A stretch of DNA of 64,000 nucleotides, from NCBI GenBank assembly GCA_965242925.1, contig CBDEUM010000039.1, positions 96,001-160,000 of the forward strand. Reading direction: 5' to 3'. This DNA comes from Roseibacillus sp. Lineage in GTDB: Bacteria > Verrucomicrobiota > Verrucomicrobiia > Verrucomicrobiales > Akkermansiaceae. A program made the translations under genes and the position numbers. Positions 61,789 through 64,000 of the stretch are shown in pieces (within the stretch, counting starts at the first letter, position 1; every line of letters starts with the position of its first letter). The notes beneath the pieces were generated by a model that had not been told where the DNA came from, ran no database searches, and saw only the letters and a list, made by a program, of their open reading frames with translations.

Positions 61789-62670
61789 CTACTTGTCAGA
61801 TGTCGGCGGCACGCCTGCTCCGGCCGGCTGGATTGCCGGAACGGGTGTGTCGCTCAACAGTTTCCTGAGCGTCGGCATGACAGCCTTTGACCAGGCGTCG
61901 GCGCCAGCGGGACTGGGGTGAAGCAGGTCCCACATCAGTTCCGTATTGATGCTGCCATCGGGTTGGAGAAAGACGTGGTTGACGTCCAGCCAGAAGACTT
62001 TTTTACCGTCCGCCAGCCGGCTGGTGAGTTCGCCCGCACGACGACAGGCCTCAATACACTTGGCCGACGAATTGAATGCTGGCGGACTGACGCCTTCCTC
62101 ATCATCACCACCGCGAGGAAAGATCCTCAGCACCAGGATCTTTGTCCCTGGGTGACGTTTCCGGATCGTTCCCACGATCGCCTTGGTGCCGGCGAAGACC
62201 TGCTCAGCGGTGTGGACTTTCTTGAAATGACGATCGTCGGTATTGTTGGTGCCGATCAGGAGCATGACCACTTTGGGCGCTCGCTTGAAGTCGAGTTCAC
62301 CATTCTGCAGGTTCCAGAGAATCTGTTCGGTCCGATAACCGTTGTGCCCGAGGTTGATGGCGTTGAGGGGGGCGAAGTGTCTGTTCCAGACGTCCTTCAT
62401 CGGCTCGTACTTGCCCCCCAGTTCACCGATTGTGTGAGTGATCGAGTCGCCGACGAGAACCACGTCATAACTCCCGTCTCCAGCCGCCTTCACTTTCTGA
62501 TCGTGCCGGGCACTGGGCGACGGGCGAGGAAAGTCCGCATCACCGAGTTCAGGCATCCGGCATTTCATCTTAACCTCGGCACCCGCGGCGGAAACGTTCA
62601 GGAACAAAGGCAAGAGTGCGGCGGCAAAAAGCAGCATGTTTGTGGTTGGCATCAGGATAGACCTTCTCAT
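61789..62670 (-). CDS. GDSL/SGNH hydrolase (PAF-acetylhydrolase IB-like)
   Basis: VGDSIT, LIGTNN, DLLHP; signal peptide. Confidence 0.9.
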   Translation of the reverse strand: MRRSILMPTTNMLLFAAALLPLFLNVSAAGAEVKMKCRMPELGDADFPRPSPSARHDQKVKAAGDGSYDVVLVGDSITHTIGELGGKYEPMKDVWNRHFAPLNAINLGHNGYRTEQILWNLQNGELDFKRAPKVVMLLIGTNNTDDRHFKKVHTAEQVFAGTKAIVGTIRKRHPGTKILVLRIFPRGGDDEEGVSPPAFNSSAKCIEACRRAGELTSRLADGKKVFWLDVNHVFLQPDGSINTELMWDLLHPSPAGADAWSKAVMPTLRKLLSDTPVPAIQPAGAGVPPTSDK

Positions 62671-62798
62671 GATGGGACCTGTTAGTAAACAGCCTGTAAG
62701 TTACAGTTTAGTGAGAAATTGCACCCGTTTTCAATGGGATTTCATTGCATGACAAGAATCCTCATAAGCACATTGATCCCGGTCATTGTGATCGTGGA

Positions 62799-64000
62799 AT
62801 GAACTATAAAAATGCCAGTTCTTTTTTGTTCTTCCTCTTGGCAAGCCATGGGTTCGCCGCTCCCAAAGCGGATCTGGCCGGGCAGGCCGACTTCGAGGAA
62901 TTCCGCGACCGCTTGCCCTGGATCTGGCAATCGCCCCGGCAGGTTGAGCTGCCCAAGGTAAAGGACCCGGCCTGGCCGACGGATGCGGTTGATCGCTTTG
63001 TGCTCCGGAAGCTGGAAGCTGAGAAGCTGAAACCCGCTGGACCGGCCAATGACCGGGTGTGGGTACGGCGCGTGTCCTTCGCTATCACCGGTTTGCCGCC
63101 GAAGCCGGAGGATATCCAGGCCTTCCTCAATGACACGTCCAAGAATCGCAAACGCACGCTTGTTCGCGCCCTGCTGGATTCTCCCCACTACGGCGAGCGC
63201 TGGGCACGTCATTGGATGGACCTCGTGCGCTATGCGGAATCGCGCGGACATGAAGGCGATTCCATCCTGCCCAATGCCTACCGGTATCGCGATTACCTGG
63301 TTCGCGCGTTCAATGCGGATCTGCCCTACGATGCCCTGGTCACAGAACATCTCGCAGGCGACCTGTTGAAAAACCCGCGGCTGCATCCTGAAACGGGAGC
63401 CAACGAATCCATCCTTGCCACCGGTTGGCCCTTCTTTGGAGAGCTGAATCACGCCCCGGTGAATCTCCGTAAGGACGAATGCGAGCAAATCGACAACAAA
63501 GTCGATGTGATGAGCAAGACCTTCCTTGGCTTAACCGCGGCCTGCGCCCGCTGCCATGACCACAAGTTTGATGCCATACGGCAGCGCGACTACTATGCCA
63601 TGGCGGGCTTTATCCTTAGTTCCAGTTACCGCCAGGCTCGGTTTGAATCGATGGAACAGAACAAAGCGGTCGCGAAGAAGCTGGAAGCATTGCGACAGGA
63701 CCACCTGCTGAAAATCGCGAAAGCCTTTGCTGCAGCCGCGCGGCCGGTGGTCGATGCACTGGACGACGATGTGCCCGTCGAGCCGATCTCTACACCATTG
63801 CCCCGTTGGACGAGACTGATCATGGCAGTGGATCCGGGTTCCCAAGGCGAAGCTTGGTCCAAGCTTTCCTTTGATCACGCCAAGTGGAAAACCATGAAAC
63901 TGCCCGGTCATTTTGAAAACGCCGGGTTGCCCGGCCACGATGGCGTGGTGTGGTTTCGAAAAACCATCGAATTGTCTGCTGGGCAGGCCAAGTCCAAGGC
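62799..64000 (+). CDS. DUF1549 (PSD1-family) protein, runs off the right edge
   Basis: Not in the ORF track. Manual translation MNYKNASSFLFFLLASHGFAAP...WPTDAVDRFV...HYGERWARHWMDLVRYAESRGHE...CARCHDHKFD...DGVVWFRKTI. Confidence 0.88.
   Translation, partial: MNYKNASSFLFFLLASHGFAAPKADLAGQADFEEFRDRLPWIWQSPRQVELPKVKDPAWPTDAVDRFVLRKLEAEKLKPAGPANDRVWVRRVSFAITGLPPKPEDIQAFLNDTSKNRKRTLVRALLDSPHYGERWARHWMDLVRYAESRGHEGDSILPNAYRYRDYLVRAFNADLPYDALVTEHLAGDLLKNPRLHPETGANESILATGWPFFGELNHAPVNLRKDECEQIDNKVDVMSKTFLGLTAACARCHDHKFDAIRQRDYYAMAGFILSSSYRQARFESMEQNKAVAKKLEALRQDHLLKIAKAFAAAARPVVDALDDDVPVEPISTPLPRWTRLIMAVDPGSQGEAWSKLSFDHAKWKTMKLPGHFENAGLPGHDGVVWFRKTIELSAGQAKSK

Noticed and set aside
62749..62802. 17-codon hydrophobic uORF (MTRILISTLIPVIVIVE) overlapping the DUF1549 start
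   Set aside because: Too short to support without conservation or ribosome-profiling data; could be chance in AT-richer intergenic DNA.

Overview
GC-rich, gene-dense chromosomal segment. Gene content (DUF1549/DUF1553 + DUF1501, PVC-type CxxCH heme protein, ECF sigma + Ser/Thr kinase, sulfatases, lamin-tail/CotH proteins, several PQQ-like propellers) points to a PVC-superphylum bacterium, most likely Verrucomicrobiota (inference). It contains a cysI-cysH-cysK sulfur-assimilation operon with a palindrome-rich promoter, an ECF sigma/kinase/OsmC unit, two sulfatases, sugar-catabolic genes, two large secreted CotH/lamin-tail proteins and a putative phosphonate-linked transporter/dehydrogenase pair. 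The most striking element is a compact, translationally coupled four-gene module at 22449-27402: three WXG100-like helical proteins plus a membrane-anchored EccC/EssC-like FtsK ATPase. This looks like a minimal type VII secretion-like system in a presumed diderm, with no other T7SS components or toxin in the window. At least six genes are split by small indels, most likely read or assembly errors. I recognised no rRNA, tRNA, CRISPR array, transposase or integrase. All family assignments come from motif recognition by eye, not from database searches.
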